From Patescibacteria group bacterium (GTDB lineage: Bacteria; Patescibacteriota; Minisyncoccia; Phycocordibacterales; CAIRYW01): DNA of 52,433 bases. The translations under genes and the position numbers were made by a program. The stretch lies in the NCBI GenBank assembly GCA_040389185.1, contig JAZKAJ010000016.1:1-52433 (forward strand), in the 5' to 3' direction. The notes below the pieces were generated by a model. The model did not search any database and was not told the origin of the DNA. It saw only the letters and a program-made list of their open reading frames with translations. Positions 19,662-28,927 of this stretch are shown in pieces (position 1 is the stretch's first letter; each line of letters begins with the position of its first letter).

Positions 19662-20657
19662 ATGAAAACAAAATTTACTCGCGCGATTTCAAATCCAAAA
19701 CTTGTCATACCTGTTGCAATAATCATCACGCTTGCTCTTGGTCTTTTGTTGTACCCATCTATTGGTAATGCACCAAAGACAGATGTGACAATTGAAAATA
19801 ATAATATAAGCCAACTGGGTGAAAATTCAGATAGTACGATCAGTCTCTCATTTCCAAAAAGCGGTAGAGTAGAATCAGTCACAGTCAAAAATGGCGACAA
19901 GGTCACAAAAGGACAGATCCTCGCAACACTCTCGGCCCCTGATGCAAAAGGACTTATTAATCAGACCAAAGGAGCACTTGCTCTTGCACAAGCACAGTAT
20001 GCATCGCTCAATTTAAATTATGCCAATACGAAAAAACAGCAGGACATTATTGTAGATAATGCCTACCAAACACTTCTCAAAACTCCTCCGCAAGCAGTAG
20101 CAAAAGATGAAGGGATAGACAACCTCACCACAGAATTTCCGCTTCCGACAATTACTGGCAACTATCTTTTAAATAAAGAAGGGGTTATTACAATCAAAAC
20201 AAAATCATCTGTTGGGGGGCTTTCGTATGAAGCAACAGGACTTGTCACAGATAACAAAATAATTACCAGCAATTCAATGCCTCTCGGCAATTCAGGACTT
20301 TCAATAGTGTTCCCTTCCAATATTCAAGCAAATCTTACCTGGACAATAACACTACCAAATAAATTAAATCCTCAATATGCAGCTAATAAAAATGCATACG
20401 ATCTCGCAGTTACTAATAGAGACAAAATACTTTCTGAACTCATGCAAAACCTTCAAGGCTCTGACACGAATTCTAGTGTTGCAAAAGCACAGGTAGATGC
20501 AGCGGAAGGCGCATATGAATCAGCGCTTGGCGCATACCAAAACAATGTTATCACAAGTCCTATTAATGGAGTCGTGAGTTTCATTGATTCTGATCTTACA
20601 GTTGGACAAACAGTAACAAGTGGCAAAACTCTTATAAACATAATTTCAAATAAATAG
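19662..20657 (+). CDS. Membrane-fusion (HlyD-like) adaptor protein
   Basis: TM anchor, lipoyl half-motifs (SGRVESVTVKNGDKVTKGQILATL; ITSPINGVV), coiled coils. Confidence 0.8.
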   Translation: MKTKFTRAISNPKLVIPVAIIITLALGLLLYPSIGNAPKTDVTIENNNISQLGENSDSTISLSFPKSGRVESVTVKNGDKVTKGQILATLSAPDAKGLINQTKGALALAQAQYASLNLNYANTKKQQDIIVDNAYQTLLKTPPQAVAKDEGIDNLTTEFPLPTITGNYLLNKEGVITIKTKSSVGGLSYEATGLVTDNKIITSNSMPLGNSGLSIVFPSNIQANLTWTITLPNKLNPQYAANKNAYDLAVTNRDKILSELMQNLQGSDTNSSVAKAQVDAAEGAYESALGAYQNNVITSPINGVVSFIDSDLTVGQTVTSGKTLINIISNK

Positions 20658-20661
20658 TTTT

Positions 20662-21297
20662 ATGGAAACTCAAACAAAACAAAGTATGTTTAAAAAACCT
20701 TGGGTTCAAAGTGTCATCGGAATTGTGGTCTGTCTTGGAATTCTTGGGAGCCTCCTTGCTTACAAAATTCTTTCAAGCAAAGTCAGTACTGAATATGGTG
20801 TTGTCTCCGCTCCAATAATCACCATCAGTCCTGAACAATCCGGGATCCTTGATGCTGTCTATGTCACTCCAGGAGAAAAGGTGACAGAAGGTCAGGCACT
20901 CGCCCATATCGGCGGTGAGACACTTTATGCAAAAATAGATGGAATTGTACTCACTGCAGAAAATGTTCCGGGACAAATCTTTAATACAAACCAGGCAGTT
21001 GTCACAATGATTGATCCAAAAGCACTACGAGTTATAGGAACAATTGACGAAAACAAAGGGCTGTCAGATATCAAAATTGGTGATGTTGCATCGTTCACCG
21101 TTGATGCATTTGGAAAGGAAAAATTTACAGGAGTTGTCGAAGAGATCAGTCCCACATCAAAAGACACAGGTGTTGCGTTTTCAATTTCTGATAAACGAGA
21201 GATACGCCAGTTTACAATCAAGATCAAATACGATACAGAAGCTCACCCGGAATTCAAAAATGGAATGTCTGCAAAGATTGATGTGTTTATAAAATAA
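20662..21297 (+). CDS. Short HlyD/EmrA-like adaptor protein
   Basis: TM, lipoyl motif GEKVTEGQALA, beta-barrel IKIGDVASFTVDAF...GMSA. Confidence 0.85.
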   Translation: METQTKQSMFKKPWVQSVIGIVVCLGILGSLLAYKILSSKVSTEYGVVSAPIITISPEQSGILDAVYVTPGEKVTEGQALAHIGGETLYAKIDGIVLTAENVPGQIFNTNQAVVTMIDPKALRVIGTIDENKGLSDIKIGDVASFTVDAFGKEKFTGVVEEISPTSKDTGVAFSISDKREIRQFTIKIKYDTEAHPEFKNGMSAKIDVFIK

Positions 21298-21489
21298 TCC
21301 CGTTCGAGATCCCAGAGTTAACTAAACACACTGAAAGTGAAATCGAAACGAAACGGAATGATCTATATTATATATACAGATACTACGGAAGCACTTGAGT
21401 GAGATCAATAGAATATATACACAAATTAAACTTTAATAATTAATACCGATAGTGAGCGTGTAAAAAGCGCTTTCTATCTCGAACGGGAT
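21297..21489. mobile_element. MITE-like element with CCCGTT termini and AT target duplication
   Basis: Perfect 14-bp IR ATCCCGTTCGAGAT / ATCTCGAACGGGAT. Confidence 0.7.
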
Positions 21490-22981
21490 GGAAGATAAAA
21501 ACGAAGAACCAAAATCAAATCTCAAGTGGTGGATACTTTTTACCGTCATTATCGGTACTTTTCTTGGCCGTCTCGATCAGACGATCGTTAACCTCGCTTT
21601 GCCAAAAATAATTAATGACTTCGGCATTTCAGTCTCTGGTGCAGGATGGATCGCAACCGCGTATATTCTCGCAAACGCGATCTTCGTGCCCATCTGGGGA
21701 AAGCTCGGAGACACTATCGGACGAAAGAAAGTCTACATTATTGGATTCGTCATGTTCATTGTAGGCTCCGTACTCGCAGGCTTGGCCTGGAACCTAGGAT
21801 CAATGCTTGTATTCCGTGTCATCCAAGCGATTGCAGGATCAGCTGATTATCCGACTGCGATGGCGATTCTTGCGGTGACATTCAAAGACGGCAAAGAACG
21901 AAGCCAAGCACTTGGTATCTGGTCATCTTCATTTGCCGCCGCATCAGTATTTGGACCACTTCTTGGTGGACCACTTATTGATAATTTTGGATGGAGATCT
22001 GTTTTTCTTATCAACCTCCCTATTGGACTTATTGGTACCTATCTGGCAATGAGATTCATCACAGAATCAAAATCAGAAAAGAAATCTGCATATTTTGACT
22101 GGTGGGGTGCGATCACATTAGGTCTCGCAATGACAGCGATGGTACTCGTGCTCGACAAAGGAAGCGAATGGTATTGGACATCATTAAATAGCATTATTTG
22201 TTATGTTGCGACCGTTGTCTTCTTCTGGCTCTTTGTGAAGATTGAAAATAGAGTTCCAGAACCTATTGTTGATCTAAAATTCTTCAAAATTCCCGCATTC
22301 GTAAATACCCTCATGAACAACTTTATTATATTCATGGGAATGATGGGGGCACTTTTTCTTATTCCCATCTTTGCACAAAGTTTCTTAGGATATAATGCAA
22401 CGCAAGCAGGCTACCTCTTTATGCCGATGGCTGCGATGTTTATATTCGCAGTACCTGTTGGTGGATTCATTGTGGCTAAATTCGGCGCCCGAAATACAAT
22501 ATTTGCAAGTACATTTGTTGCTGGCATTGGAATTTATTTTTTCTCATATCTTGATCCGAAATCAGGAGCCCTTGCGATCATACTCCCTCTTTGTCTTATG
22601 GCATTCGGAATGGGATTTGGTATGGGACCAAGAACCAACATCATCGCTACAGTTGTGCCAAAAGAAGAGATCGGTGTTGCATCATCCATTCTTGCTCTTG
22701 CAAGAAATCTTGCAGGAGCATTCGGTATCGCCCTCTTTGGAACAATACTTACCAATAAGATAGGATCATATATTCTTGATATTAATAATTTAAGTACGCT
22801 TCGAAGTTTGAATCCAATAGACATCCAGAAATTTACAACACTCATAGAACTCAAAGCTCAAGTAGACGCATATGATTATGTATTCGTAGTCGCAAGTATC
22901 ATCATTATCATAGGATCATTTATGGTTCTCCTCATGAAAGACAATCAAAAGAAATTAGACGTTGAAGTTCATGTCGAATAG
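21488..22981 (+). CDS. DHA2 (EmrB/QacA) MFS efflux transporter
   Basis: LDQTIVNLALP, GKLGDTIGRKK motif A, WRSVFLINLPIG; ~14 TMs. Confidence 0.93.
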   Translation: MEDKNEEPKSNLKWWILFTVIIGTFLGRLDQTIVNLALPKIINDFGISVSGAGWIATAYILANAIFVPIWGKLGDTIGRKKVYIIGFVMFIVGSVLAGLAWNLGSMLVFRVIQAIAGSADYPTAMAILAVTFKDGKERSQALGIWSSSFAAASVFGPLLGGPLIDNFGWRSVFLINLPIGLIGTYLAMRFITESKSEKKSAYFDWWGAITLGLAMTAMVLVLDKGSEWYWTSLNSIICYVATVVFFWLFVKIENRVPEPIVDLKFFKIPAFVNTLMNNFIIFMGMMGALFLIPIFAQSFLGYNATQAGYLFMPMAAMFIFAVPVGGFIVAKFGARNTIFASTFVAGIGIYFFSYLDPKSGALAIILPLCLMAFGMGFGMGPRTNIIATVVPKEEIGVASSILALARNLAGAFGIALFGTILTNKIGSYILDINNLSTLRSLNPIDIQKFTTLIELKAQVDAYDYVFVVASIIIIIGSFMVLLMKDNQKKLDVEVHVE

Positions 22982-22988
22982 AAAGAAT

Positions 22989-23666
22989 TTAATCCTGCTT
23001 TAAGACAAATGGGTTGAAATTTGTATCATTATCATAGTAATCCTCATTTTCATTTTTCTTCAAAAATGAAACTACTTTATATGTAAGAGGTGTAAAGACC
23101 ACTTCTACCAATGTCTTAAATATATAGTTGGAAACAATGAGGGTAAAGAGAAGTGAGTTTGGCAAAACTCCAAAAAATGCGATCATAATAAATACACTAC
23201 TATCTACAAGCTCGCCCACAACAGTAGAACCGATTGTTCGAGTCCAGAGCATCTTGCCTTTTGTCCAAATCTTCATCTTTGCCAAAATGTATGAATTAGA
23301 AAAGTTTCCACATGTAAACGCGAGAAGGCTGGCAAGAACAATACGAGGTGTGAGGCCAAGTATTGCATCATACGCCGCTTGGTTGCCCCAATCCGGTGCA
23401 GCAGGCAATGCCCCAACGATCATAAGTATCGCCGACATCATAAATATACAAAAGAACCCGAGCCAAATAACCGTTCTCGATTTTTTGTATCCATATACCT
23501 CGGTCAAAATGTCATCGAAAATGTAGCTTAATGGAAACAAGAGTGTACCTCCATCAAAAGTAAAAATTCCAAAATCAACAATCTTTGTTGATGCAATATT
23601 TGAGATAAGTAAAACTGCAACAAAGAGCGTTCCTATAGTACCGAGATATCTGTAGTTTTTTTTCAT
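22989..23666 (-). CDS. yhhQ: Queuosine precursor transporter (YhhQ/VUT family)
   Basis: SNIASTK, FPLSYIFDDILTEVYGYK, RIVLASLLAF, RTIGSTVVGELVDS. Confidence 0.9.
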   Translation of the reverse strand: MKKNYRYLGTIGTLFVAVLLISNIASTKIVDFGIFTFDGGTLLFPLSYIFDDILTEVYGYKKSRTVIWLGFFCIFMMSAILMIVGALPAAPDWGNQAAYDAILGLTPRIVLASLLAFTCGNFSNSYILAKMKIWTKGKMLWTRTIGSTVVGELVDSSVFIMIAFFGVLPNSLLFTLIVSNYIFKTLVEVVFTPLTYKVVSFLKKNENEDYYDNDTNFNPFVLKQD

Positions 23667-23716
23667 ATTATTATAAATTTATAAATGGCAGTATAACACA
23701 ATTTCTCGATATCGCC

Positions 23717-24400
23717 TTAAGACCTTATCTGTTTTTCTCCTTCGATCCGATATCTATTTACCGCAAGATGAGCAAATCTTGTCGGTTCGGGCAAGCGATG
23801 TTTACGCACACATGATTTCAAAAGTTTTATTGATTCTTCAAGAGTTATCAGATGTCCTGGAGAAATGAATACTGGCTTTACCCCCTTTTTAGTTCGAAGT
23901 GCTGCTCCGATAATTTCTTTCTTGTCCCATTTATCATAAAGATACGAGACCGATCCTGGTACATCTTCTGGTTCATCATAAACTCCAGTGAGTACACTCT
24001 TCGCGCAGCCAACAGTCGGGATTCCAAGTATTACACCTAAATGTGATGCGATTCCAAGACGCCTTGGATGTGCGATGCCAATCCCATCAACAATAAGCAC
24101 ATCGGGTTTTGTTTTGAGTTTTTCCCAGGCAATAAGAAGCATTGGAATCTCTCGAAATGAAAGAAGTCCTGGGATGTACGGAAATTCAATGGGTTGTTTC
24201 ACAATACTTTCATCAATGATTTCAAGACTCGGATACGAGAGTGTTACAAATCCAGCATATCCATCCTTTGCAAAAAGACTCATACTCACATCCGCCCCAC
24301 CAATTGTTCTTGGAGTTTTTTTGAGCGGAACAATCTTCACATCTCCCCTCATTTTCTTTTGAAGCTCAATTGCTTCTTTAGGAGTAAGTTTCCAATTCAT
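23717..24400 (-). CDS. nfi: Endonuclease V
   Basis: GGADVS, FPYIPGLLSFRE, VDGIGIAHPRRLGIASHLG, PEPTR. Confidence 0.96.
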   Translation of the reverse strand: MNWKLTPKEAIELQKKMRGDVKIVPLKKTPRTIGGADVSMSLFAKDGYAGFVTLSYPSLEIIDESIVKQPIEFPYIPGLLSFREIPMLLIAWEKLKTKPDVLIVDGIGIAHPRRLGIASHLGVILGIPTVGCAKSVLTGVYDEPEDVPGSVSYLYDKWDKKEIIGAALRTKKGVKPVFISPGHLITLEESIKLLKSCVRKHRLPEPTRFAHLAVNRYRIEGEKQIRS

Positions 24401-24423
24401 GTTTTTTAGAGTTTATCTCAATA

Positions 24424-24888
24424 CTACAAAATGTCTTCGGGATTGCCTTCTGCAATATTCTGGTCTTTCAAAACTTGAAACACACTTGATCTCATACCTA
24501 GAAATCTACCAAAGAGCGCACCCGCAAGCACACAGAGAGTAAATACTGAAAGTGAGACACCATGTATCCAATGACCGAACACCCATTCACGAGACATATC
24601 TATAACAACAAAAAGCACAAGCGCGATTGCTCCTGCTGTATCCATTTTTGATATGACCTTTTCTGTCTCTTTATGCCATGCAATACCCATCAATCTCCCG
24701 AGAACGATCCCGATCACTGCTCCAAGACAGACTCCAACGAGAGCCAAAAGCCAGAATATATCACCAACAAAGATCTCTCTAATAATATAAATGACAAGTG
24801 CAATCGCAATAAAGAGAAAGATATAAAGTCTTATGAGAAGCTTTTTTTCTATGTGGGGCTGTATATGATCGTCGTGCAATGTTTCCAT
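24424..24888 (-). CDS. Four-TM membrane protein of unknown function
   Basis: Hydrophobic helices, 154 aa. Confidence 0.75.
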   Translation of the reverse strand: METLHDDHIQPHIEKKLLIRLYIFLFIAIALVIYIIREIFVGDIFWLLALVGVCLGAVIGIVLGRLMGIAWHKETEKVISKMDTAGAIALVLFVVIDMSREWVFGHWIHGVSLSVFTLCVLAGALFGRFLGMRSSVFQVLKDQNIAEGNPEDIL

Positions 24889-24950
24889 AATTTTTAAATT
24901 TAATATTTAACTTTAGTATGTATGACGTCTGAAATGCAAAAATGTTTCTT

Positions 24951-25181
24951 TTATTTCTTTTTATCACGAAGCACGATCATTTGTATCGCCTTGTTCACCA
25001 CCCTTGAATCTATTGGCGGCATAAATCTTGCCGCTTCTTTTGCAGACGAATCAGGATGAGCTTTCAAAAAATCATGGAGCTCAACAAGTCCCTCAGCTTC
25101 CCGCTCGAGTTTCTGCTCTTCAGCAAGATCCACTACGAGAGCTGGATGAGTGTTTTGGTTTTTTGGGTCGAAGAGGTTCAT
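24951..25181 (-). CDS. Small hypothetical protein
   Basis: 76 aa; TGnTATAAT box 6 nt before ATG. Confidence 0.65.
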   Translation of the reverse strand: MNLFDPKNQNTHPALVVDLAEEQKLEREAEGLVELHDFLKAHPDSSAKEAARFMPPIDSRVVNKAIQMIVLRDKKK

Positions 25182-25323
25182 AAGTTCATTATATCAAATT
25201 GACGATTGTCGAGATACCAGAAAAAAGGAGCCAGTAGTAAGCCGTTACGACTTTAGTAGAATCATGAAAGCGACCAGCTACCTTCTATTTTTTATAGTTT
25301 ATGAATTTTGAGCTAACTCGATT

Positions 25324-25518
25324 TGGCGGAGATGGAGGGAATTTCGACCTCGACTAAATTTTTGCCGTCGCAAAAATTTGTCTGGTCACCGGCTCGAATT
25401 TTTTGTTACTACAAAAAATATACTGCGCCGTTCGAATCCCCCACGCAAGTGTGTTTAGCACTTGCTCATTTCCACACAACAAAAATGGCGCCCTTAAAGG
25501 CGCTCATATTTGTAAGTG
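25324..25518 (-). repeat. tRNA-Ser(GCU) trailer element
   Basis: Terminator-like hairpin, antisense 3'-end copy, shared hairpins, then sense copy TCCCTCCATCTCCGCCA. Confidence 0.8.
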
Positions 25519-25607
25519 CGGAGATGGAGGGATTCGAACCCTCGGTACCCTTTAAAAGGTACGCCTCTTTAGCAAAGAGGTAGATTAAACCACTCTCCCA
25601 CATCTCC
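25519..25607 (-). tRNA. tRNA-Ser(GCU)
   Basis: GGAGATG/CATCTCC acceptor, G73, CCTCT-TT-GCT-AA-AGAGG anticodon arm, long variable arm; CCA not encoded. Confidence 0.93.
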
Positions 25608-25668
25608 AATAATCCTGAGATTAACACAAAAAGCTTGTTTTTTCTACTTATGATAAAATCAGTGGACA

Positions 25669-27063
25669 ATGACCTTAGAGGAAGCCAAAAGAATAGTATT
25701 TGATCAAAAACCTGAATTTGCAGCGCTCTATAAAGAATACGGTGATAGGACCTGGCTTGAATATGCAGAAAGCAAGTATAAAAAAATACCATTGCCTCAG
25801 ACAGAAAGATCTGAGGAACTACTCAGCACATTTCAAAAGATCCTCTCTCCCCTTGTTGGTAACGAAAGGTCTAATAAAGCTGTAGAGACACTTCGACAAA
25901 ATAGTTTAGTATCGAGTGCAGATCATCACGGAATACTCTGTCATCCCTTTTTTTCTAATTCATCACTCGTTCGAAGTCATCCAAACATTACAGCCTCAAA
26001 TCAATCTATCATAAGCTTTGCGTGCGGATGTATCTCTCTTTCAAACTCCTCGTATCCGCGTGGCATATTTTTTCACGATAAAAATTTGGAAGAGGTCCGG
26101 ATGCCATTTGTGAGCCTTCAGGGGCGTAAACGATCTCTATACGGACTATCTTCTATATCGAAAAACAATATTCAAAAACAAATTGACCGATTAGATTCTA
26201 TAGATATTGACAAAGATAAAAAAAATAAATTGGGGGCGTTTTTTAAAAAAATAATCGAGGACAAAAAGATTTGGGAGCGAAAATATTTTAGTGAACAAAT
26301 AACCATAATAAATAGTATCCTTTGGAACGAATTATTTGGTGAGAGCCGAGGAGACCTTATATATATAGAAATTGAGACTCTTGTCCGAGAATTGATTCTG
26401 AATTTTCATTTAGATACTAATACCTTAATATCAAAAATCATCTTTGAAGAGAATGTGCGAAATAAATATATAGAAAATTTTGAAGGTATTGTTGGCGCCC
26501 ACAGAACAAAAGAGAGAAAAGGCTCCCATTTGTTCTGGTATATAGACGAAGCTGAAAACACTCGTAAGCAGCTTTTTTTGAATGGGAACCAGCTGGAAAC
26601 TTTGGATAAGAAAACATCCATCCCAGTTATATCTTCTTTAATAAAAGAACAGCTTCTTCAATACAGACTACTTCCCTCTATGGCGCTTTGCTATAGTATT
26701 GTTTCATTTTATTACGGAGTGACGCTCGGCGGTGGATTTTCACAGATACAATATTTAGCGGACATAAAGAAAGCTTTTGTCAAAACAGTAAACAAAGAAA
26801 TAATAGACAATGTAACAAATATATTTACTGGAGAAGAAGTTCTGCTTACCATGTCGAATCAAGATAATACTATTGGAGCAACACTTATTGATCTGCTTAT
26901 CTATGGGGAAGGAAGCATAAATAAGGCTGTAGATGAAGAAATAGAAAATAAAAAAATAAATGATACACTCTCCTATATGATGGATGAATTTGTAGAAATA
27001 GTTACCGGTACAAAGGAAAAAATATCAGATCTACCTAAGATAAAACCAACTTTCAATGTCTAA
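25669..27063 (+). CDS. Hypothetical soluble protein with DHHG motif
   Basis: 464-aa ORF; SADHHGILCHPFF, SNSSYPRG, GGGFSQIQYL look like conserved motifs; 8-nt overlap with next gene. Confidence 0.8.
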   Translation: MTLEEAKRIVFDQKPEFAALYKEYGDRTWLEYAESKYKKIPLPQTERSEELLSTFQKILSPLVGNERSNKAVETLRQNSLVSSADHHGILCHPFFSNSSLVRSHPNITASNQSIISFACGCISLSNSSYPRGIFFHDKNLEEVRMPFVSLQGRKRSLYGLSSISKNNIQKQIDRLDSIDIDKDKKNKLGAFFKKIIEDKKIWERKYFSEQITIINSILWNELFGESRGDLIYIEIETLVRELILNFHLDTNTLISKIIFEENVRNKYIENFEGIVGAHRTKERKGSHLFWYIDEAENTRKQLFLNGNQLETLDKKTSIPVISSLIKEQLLQYRLLPSMALCYSIVSFYYGVTLGGGFSQIQYLADIKKAFVKTVNKEIIDNVTNIFTGEEVLLTMSNQDNTIGATLIDLLIYGEGSINKAVDEEIENKKINDTLSYMMDEFVEIVTGTKEKISDLPKIKPTFNV

Positions 27064-28237
27064 CAAGGAAATAAAAAAAAATAAATGCGTATACTGCGGC
27101 AATAATCAAACGATCCACTTTATTTCATTCTGTTCACAGACAGCGATAGTGCCTCTTCAATTTGTATTCAGATTTTTAGCCACTATTCATCATAGATACA
27201 TCGATAAAATTGCAGGACTAATATTACTGCCTTATTTTTGGTTCTTTAGATTGGTCCGATTCTTAAACATAAATACTGATCCAGAAAGAGCATTTACAGA
27301 ACGTTCAAAAGTAATTTGGCTCGAGGCTAAAGCTCGAGGAATACAGATGGAACAATTCATGATTCTAAACAAGCCTATTGAACAATACCGAGCCAAGATA
27401 AATGGACACTGGGCATATTTTGAAAGTATTCCCATACCTCCTCGTTATAAAGCTATTTCATATTCATGGATGGATGACAAATGGGAACTAAAGAAATTCT
27501 TTCGCACAAATAATATTCCTGTTGCATTCGGACGAAGTGTTTGGAACAAAAAAGACGCCCTCGAAATATTTCGCAAAGGAACGAAACCATTTATTGCAAA
27601 ACCTCGGCTCGGTTCACGTGGACGCCATACAAGCACCTTTCTCACTGACGAAGATTCATTCCTCAAGGGATATTATATAGCCAAACAATTGGGATTTTTT
27701 GTAATTGTTGAAGAACAACTCTTTGGAAGCGTTTATCGAGGTACATACGTGGGAGGCGAAGTCGTTGGAATCCTCAAGGGTGACCCAGCCAGAATTACAG
27801 GAGACGGAACGCATACCATTAAAGAATTGATCGAAATAAAAAACAGAGATAGAAATCCAAAAGTAAAGGAAGTACTAGCTACTCAAATGCTTGAAGAATT
27901 TATTGGCAGGCAAAATTTCTCCCTTGATACTGTCCCTGAAAAAGACAAAATTATTGATCTATCTGAAAAAATTGGTCTTTCATACGGAGGATATGCGGTA
28001 GAAATGATCACAAAAACTCATCCAAAAATAATTGAGTATATCAAAAAAGCTGGCGACCTCTTAGATGCTCCAGTAGTTGGATTCGACTTCATTATTCCCG
28101 ATATCACACTTGATCCAGATCTGCAGCACTGGGGCATTATAGAGGCTAATTCCCTCCCATTTATCAATCTCCATCATTTTCCAATGGATAGTGAGCCTGT
28201 AAACGTAGCAGCAAAAGTCTGGGATCTTTGGAAATAA
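27056..28237 (+). CDS. ATP-grasp ligase (cyanophycin synthetase/GshF-like ATP-grasp domain)
   Basis: DDKWELK, FIAKPRLGSRGR, PARITGDGTHTIKELI, GFDFI, IIEANSLP. Confidence 0.85.
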   Translation: MSNKEIKKNKCVYCGNNQTIHFISFCSQTAIVPLQFVFRFLATIHHRYIDKIAGLILLPYFWFFRLVRFLNINTDPERAFTERSKVIWLEAKARGIQMEQFMILNKPIEQYRAKINGHWAYFESIPIPPRYKAISYSWMDDKWELKKFFRTNNIPVAFGRSVWNKKDALEIFRKGTKPFIAKPRLGSRGRHTSTFLTDEDSFLKGYYIAKQLGFFVIVEEQLFGSVYRGTYVGGEVVGILKGDPARITGDGTHTIKELIEIKNRDRNPKVKEVLATQMLEEFIGRQNFSLDTVPEKDKIIDLSEKIGLSYGGYAVEMITKTHPKIIEYIKKAGDLLDAPVVGFDFIIPDITLDPDLQHWGIIEANSLPFINLHHFPMDSEPVNVAAKVWDLWK

Positions 28238-28241
28238 ACCA

Positions 28242-28391
28242 GGTCGTCTCACCATCCCAAGCTAGCAAGCACGAAGGTTGCGGACGACATCGAGACTTAC
28301 TTGTTGCATAAGGAGACGGCTCCGCCGTCACTACTTCACGCCTTTCATCCTCGTGGCAGAGCCCGAAGGTTCCGGCTTGCAATAAAAGACC
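28242..28391 (-). ncRNA. Unidentified ~150-nt structured RNA
   Basis: GC-rich intergenic segment; ends pair (GGTC/GACC, CAAGC/GCTTG, CACGAGG/CCTTCGTG); hairpins CC-TTCG-GG and GACGGC-GGA-GCCGTC; G-U pairs favour the minus strand. Confidence 0.55.
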
Positions 28392-28474
28392 TTAAATATT
28401 CGAACTTTAAGCTTTGGATTCAAAATGATATACTGATGATTATGATAATAAGATTATAAGTTACCGCAAAAAAC

Positions 28475-28915
28475 ATGAAAAACAAAAATATTATATACAT
28501 AGTAAGCCTTATAGTAATCGCAGTTGCTTTAGCTGGAATTCTGTCATTTTTTAACCAAGATACAGATTCAGGACCTGGACAGTATGACGCGCTTGCACAG
28601 TGTGCTCGAGACAGTGGTGCAAAATTCTATGGTGCATTCTGGTGTCCACATTGTCGAGACCAGAAGAAAGCTTTTGGTAATTCTGCAAAACTACTTCCTT
28701 ATGTTGAATGTTCTACTCCAGACGCAGCAGGCCAGACTCAGATTTGTATAGACAACAAGATCGATAGTTACCCTACTTGGGAATTTGCTGATGGTTCACG
28801 AATTACTGGGGGCATCACTCCTGAACAGCTTGCAGAAAAAACATCTTGTCCGCTCACAGCCGCGACTTCAACCGCGACCACGACATCACCTATTGTAACT
28901 TCAAGTGCAAAATAA
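28475..28915 (+). CDS. Membrane-anchored thioredoxin-fold oxidoreductase (resembles VKOR-associated Trx domain)
   Basis: AKFYGAFWCPHC, YVECS, SYPTW; N-terminal TM. Confidence 0.88.
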   Translation: MKNKNIIYIVSLIVIAVALAGILSFFNQDTDSGPGQYDALAQCARDSGAKFYGAFWCPHCRDQKKAFGNSAKLLPYVECSTPDAAGQTQICIDNKIDSYPTWEFADGSRITGGITPEQLAEKTSCPLTAATSTATTTSPIVTSSAK

Positions 28916-28927
28916 ATAATTAAACAC

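Noticed and set aside
23667-23716. preQ1 riboswitch upstream of yhhQ
   Set aside because: The 50-nt spacer has a -10-like box but no preQ1 stem-loop or A-rich tail motif
28242-28391. SRP RNA, RNase P RNA or hammerhead ribozyme identity
   Set aside because: Diagnostic conserved motifs not present
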